Positions 50,151-60,709 of a DNA stretch of 60,709 nt are shown here, in pieces; the first letter of the stretch is position 1; the number at the start of each line of letters is the position of its first letter. Under the pieces are notes generated by a model. It saw only the letters and a program-made list of their open reading frames with translations, did no database searches and was not told where the DNA came from. This DNA comes from Octopus bimaculoides (taxonomy: Eukaryota). The position numbers and the translations under genes are program-made. The stretch lies in the NCBI RefSeq assembly GCF_001194135.2, contig NC_068983.1:44228209-44288917 (forward strand), in the 5' to 3' direction.

Positions 50151-51871
50151 CACTAACGAGTTAATGTTAAATTCTTTTTATGNNNNNNNNNNNNNNNNNN
50201 NNNNNNNNNNNNNNNNNNCATCAGTATTCTGAATGTGTGTTGCTAGGAAAGGAAATGATTTAGTCTTTACAAAATGAGAAACAATTTCTCAGGAAGGCTT
50301 TTGTAATATTTCATGTATTTTTAGAGAGCAATAAATTAAAGAGTTCAAGAAAATCTCTACAAATTTCATAAATGCTGTTTTTGCTTTTTTTTTACTCCTT
50401 CACCCCATCTCCATGTTTTCAGCAGATTACCTTTTGTACTACTCACCCCAATCTCAGTAGAGGGGGTTTTGTTTTGCAAGGTACTTGGTGACCTCAAAAA
50501 AGCATCCAATACATTCTGTAAAGTGGTTGGCATAAGGAAGGGCATCCAGCTGTAGAAAATATGCCAAAACAAAGGAGCCAGGTGTAGGTTCTTGCCTTGC
50601 CAGCTAGCTCCTGCTGAATTGTCCAACTCATGCCAGCATGGAAAACAGACTTTAAAATGATGATGATGATGATGATTTTTTACAGTGTCTCTAAAACTGG
50701 ATGGTTTAGACATAGAACAAGTGATCTCTAAGACATGGCCTGAATGTTTAAACAGTGGACTCTGTTCAAGGCATCCAATTGGTTGTGCTAAACCTGGTTA
50801 CGGATTAGTTCTACCACCCAACATTTACACTGTTTTTGCTGAAATACTTGACAGGGAAACAAACAAACAAAAAAAAATTTAATAAATAAATACAAAAACT
50901 TGTATTTCAGGTTAAGACAAGTTAGACTTAGAAATGATTTCCACTTTCTAATTATTAGAAAAGAAAGAGGAAAAAACAAACAAACAAAACAAAATGAAAG
51001 GCTGGGTATATTATATTGACAGCAACGACAACGAGATCTGAAAGTAGGTAGTTTTAATTAAATAAAATACAATCCGACAAGCTTTTATATTTCTTCAATA
51101 ATAATAATAACTTAGATTGATTTTTGCTTTCAAAGTTTAATTCAATAACATATTCATAGATATGTGGTCATTCAAGTTTTAAAATCAACATAACTTGTAG
51201 ACACGATGGAGGAGTTTGTTTTGTTTTTCTTTTTTGTACGTTTCACTTTTTTTAGTTATTACATTAACTTAACAAATGCATTGAATTAGTGGTTGACCTT
51301 CATTGTTGATTGATGGTATTGCAGAGACAGTAGCTTAACCACCCCTACTGTGCTTAGACTGTTCCCAGAAGCAAGAGCCTAGCTACAAGTTTACTAAACA
51401 CCTTTTCCCCTCATAGATAGACCACAAAGGAAAGACAAGTCAATACATTTGCAGCATCCATTGAACTGTAAGGGTGCTATATAGTGTTTAAGAATAACCA
51501 TATGTGTCTGCATTAGGGTCTTTCCCTCTGGAATTTCTGTAGGGGGTTTATGCCCTTATTGAATAAATATGTTTATTGTTACAACTACTCTTCACTGTAA
51601 TCTCATACGACAACCATATACCCTGCTAGTCCTACTCCCAACTCTCTCCAGGCCTTGATGTCACCATTCTTTCTACCATCATCTTTAGTACCCACAAACC
51701 CATTTTCCATTTACTGAAGATGAAGACACAGAATTTATGATAAGGTGATCAAACTATTGCAGTTTTTGCAATTTGACTATCGGTCATCAAGTTCTATTCC
51801 CATCTCAAGAACTGAACCACTCAGTCTGCAGGTTGGCCAACTGATCTATTGTGCACACCCATAATTGTATT

Positions 51872-52244
51872 TGTTGGCACTCTGTTGCTTACGATATCGA
51901 TGGTTCCAGTTGATCCGATCAACGGAACAGCTTGCTCGTGAAATTAACGTGCAAGTGGCTGAGCACTCCACAGACACGTGTACCCTTAACGTAGTTCTCG
52001 GGGGATATTCGGCATGACACAGTGACAAGGCTGGCCCTTTGAATTACAGGCACAACAGAAACAGGAAGAGTGAGAGAAAGTTGTGGTGAAAGAGTACAGC
52101 AGGGTTCGCCACCATCCCCTGCCGGAGGCTCGTGGAGCTTGAGGTGTTTTCGCTCAATAAACACTCAACGTCCGGTCTGGGAATCGAAACCGCGATCCTA
52201 TGACCGCGAATCCGCTGCCCTAACCACTGGGCCATTGCGTCTCC
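51872..52244 (-). mobile_element. SINE family D, young, full length
   Basis: Reverse complement of 10722-11173. Confidence 0.9.
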
Positions 52245-54214
52245 ATGCACACTCGTAATAACCACATGTCAACCAGCCCTTATAGTCCGTGCTCCACACC
52301 AATTATGATGCGACTGGTTAAACAAAGAAATCCATTAAGAAATAAAGCTGCATCTTCACATCATCCCCAGAGCAGCCATGTTGAGGTACCATCTTCAAGA
52401 ATTTTTAATCAAGAAAATCAACCCCATTACTTTAAGATGGTACTTATCCTATCAATCTTTTCTGCTAAGTTATGGGGACATAAACAAACCAACACCAGTT
52501 GTCAAGCAGAGGTGGGGCACCAACAGATACGTGTATACAATTTGTGTGTGTGTGTGCGTGTGTGTGTGTGTTTCAGCTTCCATCAACCAGTTCTACTCAA
52601 AAGGGTTTGGTCAGTTCAGGGCTAGAGTAGAAGATACTTGCCCATGGTGCCGCACAGTGGCTCTGGACCCAGGATCATGCAGTTGGGAAGCAAGCTTGTT
52701 ATCACACAGCCATGCCTGAACCTTCATTTATACAACGATTTCCTTTGAAACCGACAAAACAATTTCCTGTTAGGATTGTACAGCTTCACTTGAAATTAAG
52801 ATTTCATTTCCGGGCTGTTGTTTGGCAGCATTATTAAAGCCATGGACAAAATACCATGTAGTATTTGTCTTGGTTCTTCACGTTCTGAGTTCAAATCATT
52901 CTGCCAAGATTATCTTTCATCTCTTCAGAGTCAATAATAAATAAAGTACCAAAAATCAGTAGGGTCAATATAATCAACTACTGTCCTTGCCAAAATTTCT
53001 GGTCTTGTGCCCCATGTCAGAAACATTGAAAATGGCTGTGTGATAAGAAACTTGCTTCCCAACCACATGGTTCTGGGCTCAGTCCCATTGCGTGGCAACT
53101 TGGGCATGTGTCTACTATAGCCTTGAGCCGACCAAAGCCTTGTAAGTGGATTTGGTAGATGGAAACTGAAAGAAGCCCATCACACATAGTTACCATGATT
53201 GATCGCTAAACCCACAAGTTTGTTTTATTCTCTGCTTATTTCCTCACAATGGGTTTTTGTACAGATTTTACTATCAACCAATGCCATTCACAAAGCATTG
53301 GTTGGCCTGGAATTGTAGCAGAAGAGATGCCATGCAGGAGATCAAAAAAAAAGTAAAGAAAATTAATATGTGATGATGATGTTTATTCAGTATTTTCCAA
53401 CAGATCCAAAACAGGAATGTGCTCATTGCTGTTGTATTTCATCATTGGAGAACAACTTTCAGACAAATGTATTTATAATACTCTCAATTCATTCAAGTGA
53501 GACACTAGTATTTCCACCTTGTTCATTTCTTCAGCCAAAGCTATCCCGCGTCAATGAATCTAATAAAAATTTTTGGTTCTTGTTTATAGAATTCAACAAG
53601 CAAATTATTTGCTGATGTCTGCCAAACTGATAATAAATCATGTGCATGGCAAACAGCTAGAATCAAAATGGTGACATACATATTCGTTCTTAATATATTC
53701 CAGCAGATTCAAACAACTTCTTTCAGATGAAAGTGTGTTTTGTAACATACGATTACAGAGAATCAGGGTGTAACTTTGGACTCCTAAACCAGATTAAAAC
53801 TGCTGTTGATTTATAATATAACAAGGTACACAGTAGGAGTTTAGCTGAAGCCGTGTGCTAAATAATAATATTGTGAATGTAAAAAAACTGTTCCATAAAA
53901 TTGCCACCATATGTTCCAATCACAATACTCTATATTTATAAATGGTGGAGATAAAGCAAATGTGAAATAAATAGATGGTAGTCCTCTCCTACCTTGAAGT
54001 ATATAGCTCTCTGCTCGTTTGAGACAGCAGAATAGAAGATGAAAGGAGATACAAGATATCTCTTTAGTCCCATTAGGTAGTACAATAAGCTTGTGAGAGG
54101 AACTGCCAGGAGGTAAGTAAATAAATGTATATCCACCAACAGTTGGAAGATAAGAATGATACTTTTAATAAAACAGAAGCCATCTCATTTGAAAACATAC
54201 ATATCTTATGTCAG

Positions 54215-54247
<33 letters not shown>

Positions 54248-54687
54248 TACTACTACCATTAAGGTGGAATTGTGTGTTGGGCAAAATATTTAGTAGCATC
54301 TCTTTCAGGTTTCGAGTTCAAACCCTACCGAGGTCAACTTTACCTTTCATCCTTTCAGGTCCAACAAAATAAAATTCTGTGGTTAATGTTATCAACAAAT
54401 ATCCTCTCATCAAATTTGCTGGCTGGCTGGCTCTGTGCCAATATTACAATTAATGTTATTGTTGTTACAACAACAGCAGCTTCATACTGCACAGGAGAGC
54501 ACATATCAAACAGCTGAGTAATTTTTTCCTCTTTCCCATTCAAAATACCGAATGTTCTAAGATGTGTGCAAATCCTAGCTCTACATTATTATTGGTGGTG
54601 TTGGTGTTGCGTTAAGCACAGGATCAAGTAAACAAACAACTGGAAGGTTTACCTTTCAGTGAAAGTGATAACAAAGAAAATGAAAAA

Positions 54688-54721
<34 letters not shown>

Positions 54722-55320
54722 CACACACACACACACTAAAATATTTAATATCCACGTTCCATACTGGGGTGGGTTGGACTAATCATCATTTAATGTCCTT
54801 TCATGAAATCTTTTAAGAAATCTTTGACAATATCTTTGACAATATTGATTTATTAACAAGTATGTCAAGAATTATTATCACCATTTTATGCCTGTCTTGG
54901 AGGGTTGTGGTGAGATTCCATGAGACCCACCAATCTATGCCAACATCTAGCAGATACAGTAAAAGAGAAAAATAAACAGCTGAAAATTTTGGATAGCAAG
55001 ATATTTCCAACAGTATTTTTTTATGGCTTGATGCCCTTTCTACCAACAACCAATTTACAGAGTGTTCTGGGTGCATTCTATTATGCCATCACCTAGAGAA
55101 AAAAACAAACAAAAAAACAAAAAAAAAACTGGTACTCCATCGGTTACAGCGATGGGGGTTCTAGTTGATCCAATCAATGGAACATTCCACAGATACATGC
55201 ACCCTTAATGTAATTCTCAGGAAGATTCTGTGTGACACAAAATATGACAAGACTGGCCCTTTGAATTACAACTCATTTCTGCCAGCTGGGTGGACTAGAG
55301 CAATTTGAAATAAGTTTCTT

Positions 55321-55554
55321 ATTTCTTTATTGCCCACAAAGGGCTAAACATAGAGGGGACAAACAAGGACAAACAAAGGGATTAAGTCGATTACATCGAC
55401 CCCAGTGCTTAACTGGTACTTAATTTATCGACCCCGAAAGGATGAAAAGCAAAGTCGACCTCGGCAGAATTTGAACTCAGAACGTAACAGCAGGCAAAAT
55501 ACCGCAAAGTATTTCGCCTGGCGTGCTAACGTTTCTGCCAGCTCGCCGCCTTAG
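55321..55554 (-). mobile_element. SINE family A, young, inserted in another SINE
   Basis: 17-bp duplication tttgaaata(a/t)gtttctt at 55304-55320 and 55555-55571. Confidence 0.9.
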
Positions 55555-58399
55555 TTTGAAATATGTTTCTTGATCAAAGACACACTATGCCGCCAGGAAT
55601 TGAACTCATGACCTTATGGCCACAAGCCAAATATTATAACAATTAAGTCACACATCTTCACTGCCATCTTCTGTAAAGCAATTGTACTTGACCATTTATT
55701 GTTAGTTGCTCAGTATTTCTCAATTGAAAATTTAATACAATAGAAAGAAGAAAATATTTGGTCTGGGAGATGAGAAGTAAACCACATTGGTTTATAAGAA
55801 TACTTCAAGGAAAGAACAAAATCCAAAAGTCCATTAGTTAATGTTCACTTTTCCATGGTTGAACGAGTCAAATGGAATTCATTCAGGCAGATTTTCTATG
55901 GCTGGATGTCCTTCCTGTAGCCAACCCTCAACTGTTTCCAAGCAAAATAATATTTCCCCATTTCCACAGCACATTGGTAATGCATGACACAGCTTGTATG
56001 ACAGTGATATTCATTTACAACTATCAAATGATGTCAAGACAAGGAAACATACACACATACATATACAGTGGGCTTCTTTCAGTTTCCATCTACCAAACTC
56101 ACTCACAAGGCTTTGGTCAGCCCTGAGTTATAAATAGAAGACACTTGCCCGAGGTGCTGTACAGTGGGACTGAACCCAAAACTGTGTGATTAGGAAATGA
56201 ATCCCTTAACCATGCAGCCATTCCAATGAATATATAAAATATAAAATTGTAAATACAGACAAAATAAGATTGTAATCAGTCAAACCAACTTGTTTTTATT
56301 AATTAGGATAATTTCTGATGTTAATAAAATACTTGAACATATTTGCCAGGAGGGCAAGCGTTGAGTTTTAATGGCTTTGATGAATTTTTAAAGTGATGAT
56401 ATGTGCAAGCATAGCTGTGTGGTTTGGGGTTCAGTTCTAGTCTGCAGCATCTGAGACAAGTGTCATCTACTATAGCCCTGGGATGACTAAAGCCTAGTGG
56501 GTGGATTTGGTAGATAGAAACTGAAAGAAGCCCAAGTATGTGTGTTGTCATATGTTAGTTACAAATGAGTGTCACCACCATACAGTGTCTTTCATACCAA
56601 TCATCCATGGAAGCATATCCGGCCAAAAGGAAATGTTATCTTACTTGGAAACCTGTGAGGGTTGGCAACAGGAAATGAATCCGGCCATAAAAAAATCTGT
56701 TTCAACGAATTCCATTTGACTCATGCAAGCATGGAAAAACAAACATTAAAACAATGGGGATGATGATGATTATTGCAGTCATCAAAGACTGTCAACCAAA
56801 GACACAATGCACTTCAAATCCTACTTTGTCTCCATTTTATTTGGCTTACTTTCAATCCAGGTTTACACATTAGAAATGTTGTTCCAGCATCACTGATGTT
56901 TAGCCCATGCTCGATCACAAACACAGCAAACCTATTGATTCCAGTATTACTCTGAAGAATTACCACTAATCTCATTCAACAACTAAGATTGTCACTTTAG
57001 ACTATTTATTGGTTAAAATGTATAACTGAATATCACTAACACACATTTCAATAGTTTTTATTATTTTTTTTTTTTTAAGACTGGAACAGAGAAATCTTTA
57101 GAAACCTGAAACCTTGTAAAGTTTTCTGCATGAGTACCCAAACAACTATCTATGAATAAAACAGAAAACCTTGTGGAGATTTACAATATTAATTTTCCCA
57201 TACCCTTATTCGCATCAATACACACACACACACGCAGTGTAAATGTGTTACATATGTAACAGATGCATGTACAAACACAAACTTGTATGCGTGTGACCAG
57301 AAATCAAGATAAAAAATCATACTGGTATCATATCAAGTAATGTCTTTCATTAACACTTTTGCCGCCAATTTGTCAACATCGGTGTGTGTAGGCATGGCTG
57401 TGCAGTTTAGATGTTTGCTTCACAAACATGGGATCAGTTCCACTGCCTGGCACTTTGGGCTAATGTTATTTGCTGTAGTGTGCGTGCATGTGCGTGTTCT
57501 ACCAACAACTATAACGTGTCTTTCATTAATGCTTTTGACGCCAATCTACCAGGACCAAATTAAAACCTCATCCAATACATCTTCAAGGAGAGTCAGCAGA
57601 TAAAAATGGTGGGGGGGGGATAGTTAATTAGAAAATGGTTCATGATTCAGGTCTTTGGAAATGGTTACAGAAAGACATCAAAATATGAAAGAAAAAGAAT
57701 GAGCTTAGAAAGTTGTTTACATGAAGAAATACATGACACATGAAGTCTGAGTCTTTTCAATTATCAAAATGGCTATTGATTATTAGACAAAAGTCTTAAT
57801 GAAGATGGAAGATCAATTGAAATATGTAGCAGGAATTTAAAAAGAAAATAGGAATAAACAAAAAAATAAACCAAAAAACTGCCAATAAATGAAATGAATG
57901 AATACACATCTTTGTAAACAAAAGAAACGGCTTCTCTCATGTTAACAATGTGTTAGTTGAATTTAAGTTAATCATTATTGTCAATATTAATTAGCTGGAT
58001 GACGAAGCTTACATCATTGTGCACACATATACTAATCAGACACTTATTCATAAAATATTACAACCCGGCGCAAAAGTAGATCATAAAAACAAAAAAAAAA
58101 CAAAAAAAAATCACTGAGACTTGTTTATTAAAAAATCTATTTATATTTTGTGTCGTTAAGAGCTGAGATGACAACATGTTCCAGTCACTAAACTTGATGA
58201 CTACAAAGTTTCAGAAACCTTGAATTTACAGTTATTTATATAACATTAAACAATTATATTCATAACAAGCATTCCATAACACTCTTCAGATTAACAGCTA
58301 TGATAGTGACTAATTAATTGAGATTAAATATATTTATTCACCGTTTCCTATATTAGAGGTAATAAATCTCATTTATGTATGTGGTTGGTTGTAAGGACA

Positions 58400-58440
58400 C
58401 ATCACTGATGAGGCTCAAGTGGGCTGAAATGTATCTGACA
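58400..58440 (+). ncRNA. Decayed minimal type-I hammerhead motif (HH4), probable Penelope-like terminal repeat remnant
   Basis: CAUCA-CUGAUGA-GGCUC-AAGU-GGGCU-GAAA-UGUAU-C-UGACA; the deviations are transitions, mostly at inferred CpG sites. Confidence 0.65.
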
Positions 58441-58838
58441 TTCTTGCGAGTTGCTGCTGGAATGATTTTTCCATCTCCCTCTGATATCTCTTATCTTTTA
58501 CTTATTTCAGTCATTAGACTCTGGCCATGCTGGGGCACTGCCTTGAATTTTTAATCACATGAATCGATCCCAGGACACTTCTTTTCCTTTTTAAACTGGG
58601 TACTTTATCAGTTTCTTTTGCCAAACTACTAAGTTATAGGGATGTAAGCACACCAACACCAGCTGTTAAAGAGCAAAAGAGATAGGGTTAAGAGACCTAA
58701 GTACCGGGGTCAATTTATTTGCTTAAAATTCTTCAAGGTGGTGCTCCAGCATGGCTGAAACAAGATAAAAGTATCCTGACGAACCACGAAGATATTTTCT
58801 ACATTATATTTCTTGGTTGAAAAATGAGTAAGGTTTAA

Positions 58839-59057
58839 CCATTTCGTTACTGTATTTCTTTTGAGATGTTCTGTGTTTCTTTCAATTAATTTTAAATATA
58901 AAGAATTTAGAAAAATAACTTAGTTATCATTAAGCTAGTGTTAGGAACATAAATTGGGACTAAGGTTTGGCAGAAGATTTTAGTTCAGAACTTATGAAAA
59001 CGAGACATTTGTACTACAGAACCAGAGGCAGTTTCAGCCATGTTGGTATTGAAAGGT
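58839..59057. mobile_element. piggyBac-like MITE (family G), reversed
   Basis: TTAA|CCATTTCGTTAC...GGTATTGAAAGGT|TTAA. Further partial copies near 4340-4500, 18261-18478, 18681, 27706-27905, 44150-44415 and 60618-end. Confidence 0.7.
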
Positions 59058-60709
59058 TTAATGACAGGAAGAGGACTTGGGTGTAAACAAATGTTGCAAT
59101 AATACATATTTGGCTTGGAGAAAAGGCCTTAATGATTCACATAGTTAAAAAAATTTATCAATGTTAGGTTTATACTGAGTATTTTCTTCCTTCCTTAGAA
59201 GCATTCCAAGATTGTAGTTTATTGCTTATTTCTGTAATCTTGTGTAAAGTACTTCCTCAAATTTACCAAACCATTAAGCTAAATGAAATAATTGTGGAAA
59301 TGTTGATGAAAAAATAGGAAACTAAATAAATAAAACAGATAAATAAACGAGAAAGATGCACTTCAAAAGTAAGAGAGCTCTATGTAACAGGAAGGACATT
59401 CTCCAAATTTTGGGGACAATATTTGAGAAGATTTCAACAAGCATGGGAAATACAAGCAGAGAGATTTGTCTGACCTTCATAAACCATTGATGGGAGAAAA
59501 TATTTCAGTTTATTTTTTTTTTTAATATTTTAAAAAGTGCCATTTGGGTAAACCCTTACTGACAAGCTGACTGCAGAGCAATGCTGATGGTTTTGGTTAA
59601 ATTGGTTCCTCTCAATTATTAAGGTTAAAGGGACAAGGTTAAAAATAGCACACAACGGAAGACGACGACACACACAAGAAAAAGGGAAGGATATTCTACT
59701 TATTTCTTTCAGTGAGAGATGGCACATCAGCTTGAAAGCCGATGCTAACTCTATAGNNNNNNNNNNNNGGGGGGGGGGGGTGAATTAGGAAAGGAAGTGG
59801 GAGTTTAAAGGAGAAGCAGAATAATTAGGTGGAATCACTTATTTTTGGAATTAATAAGTACAAGTTCAGGAGGTAAACCGAGAAAGAGGATAGAGAAAAT
59901 GTAATGTATTCATCTTGGCATCTTTGTTTTCCTATCCAACATTATTATTGTTTTGCTGGTCAGAGTATGGCATCCATTAACTGGTGGTAGTGGCAGCATT
60001 TAGCCTGTTTAGTCCTTTAAAAAAAAAAATTTTTTTTAAATCACCTGTGCCTATATTTCTACACCTGGTCCAGGGCTGCAGGAACATCATCATCATCATT
60101 TTTAATTGAATCAGGTCGTTTAGTCGTTAGGACAAAATAAAAAATAAAAAAACTGTGTTCTATCTTTTATAGATAGAACACACACACCAGACTTAATCTA
60201 CCAAATCTGCTCACAAGACTTTGATTAACCTGGGCTTAAAGTAGAAAATACTTGCCCAAGGTGGGACTGAACCGGAAACCATGTGGTTGAGAAGTGGCTT
60301 CTTAACCACACAGCCATACTTCTGCATTGTTTGTGCATAGAGTGCATTAGGTACTTTAAATGTGGCACCAACACCAGTGCTATATATATATATATATTTA
60401 TAAAATTAAGGAATAATTAGCTAACTGATATTGAAATAGATTTATTTATTTTAATCCCCATACCAAAAGAGTCAATTACATAAGATTATCAAGACAAGTG
60501 AATGTAGTGTTTAAAATCTTGTAGGAGGTTTTCTACTATCATTTTAAATAAACCAGTTTGTAACTGTCCCCATCACATGATGCAATAAATTTATTTGGTG
60601 TCCGCTTTAGTAATTCTAACCCTTTTGTTACCATATTTCTCTTGAAATATACTGCTTTTGTTGCAATTAATTTTGAAAATAAAACATTTATCTAATATGT
60701 ATTATACAG

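Larger units (their letters stand above)
4270..60709 (-). other. Probable very large intron (or introns) upstream of the PH exon
   Basis: The expected preceding exon (G-Y/W-L-x-x-A-P...D-F-x-N-P motif) was not found by eye. The region is repeats plus short unique patches. N-gaps could hide an exon. Confidence 0.6.

Noticed and set aside
50685-50882. 65-codon plus-strand ORF after a tttttacag acceptor
   Set aside because: No donor, no recognisable homology, and the acceptor is the tail of a SINE.
1-60709. CRISPR arrays, rRNA, operons or other prokaryotic systems
   Set aside because: None seen; the sequence is eukaryotic intronic DNA.

Overview
AT-rich animal genomic DNA, very dense in repeats, with assembly N-gaps. 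The SINE set and the (CA)n/(AT)n/(CAT)n load point to an octopus genome (inference from recall). I can support only one host coding exon: a 66-nt phase 0-0 exon on the minus strand (4204-4269) encoding [22 protein letters not shown], part of the N-terminal PH domain of outspread/MPRIP. The rest looks intronic (about 4.2 kb downstream, at least 56 kb upstream). It is filled with at least five tRNA-derived or RTE-tailed SINE families, fossil LINEs (CR1-like, two RTE types, Hero-like, R4/Dong-like), a Tigger remnant, and piggyBac-, hAT-, mariner- and Helentron-type non-autonomous elements. The most notable signal is six minimal type-I hammerhead-ribozyme-like motifs from about four short non-coding element types. 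Two of these elements are foldbacks centred on the hammerhead and share a 3' tail. One carries a U3:A8 core variant, and one is linked to a tRNA-like Pol III head. These suggest Penelope-dependent, retrozyme-like elements; no activity is shown. Almost all ORFs in the supplied track are repeat or microsatellite artefacts. Repeat boundaries were read by eye and are approximate unless a TIR or TSD is quoted.
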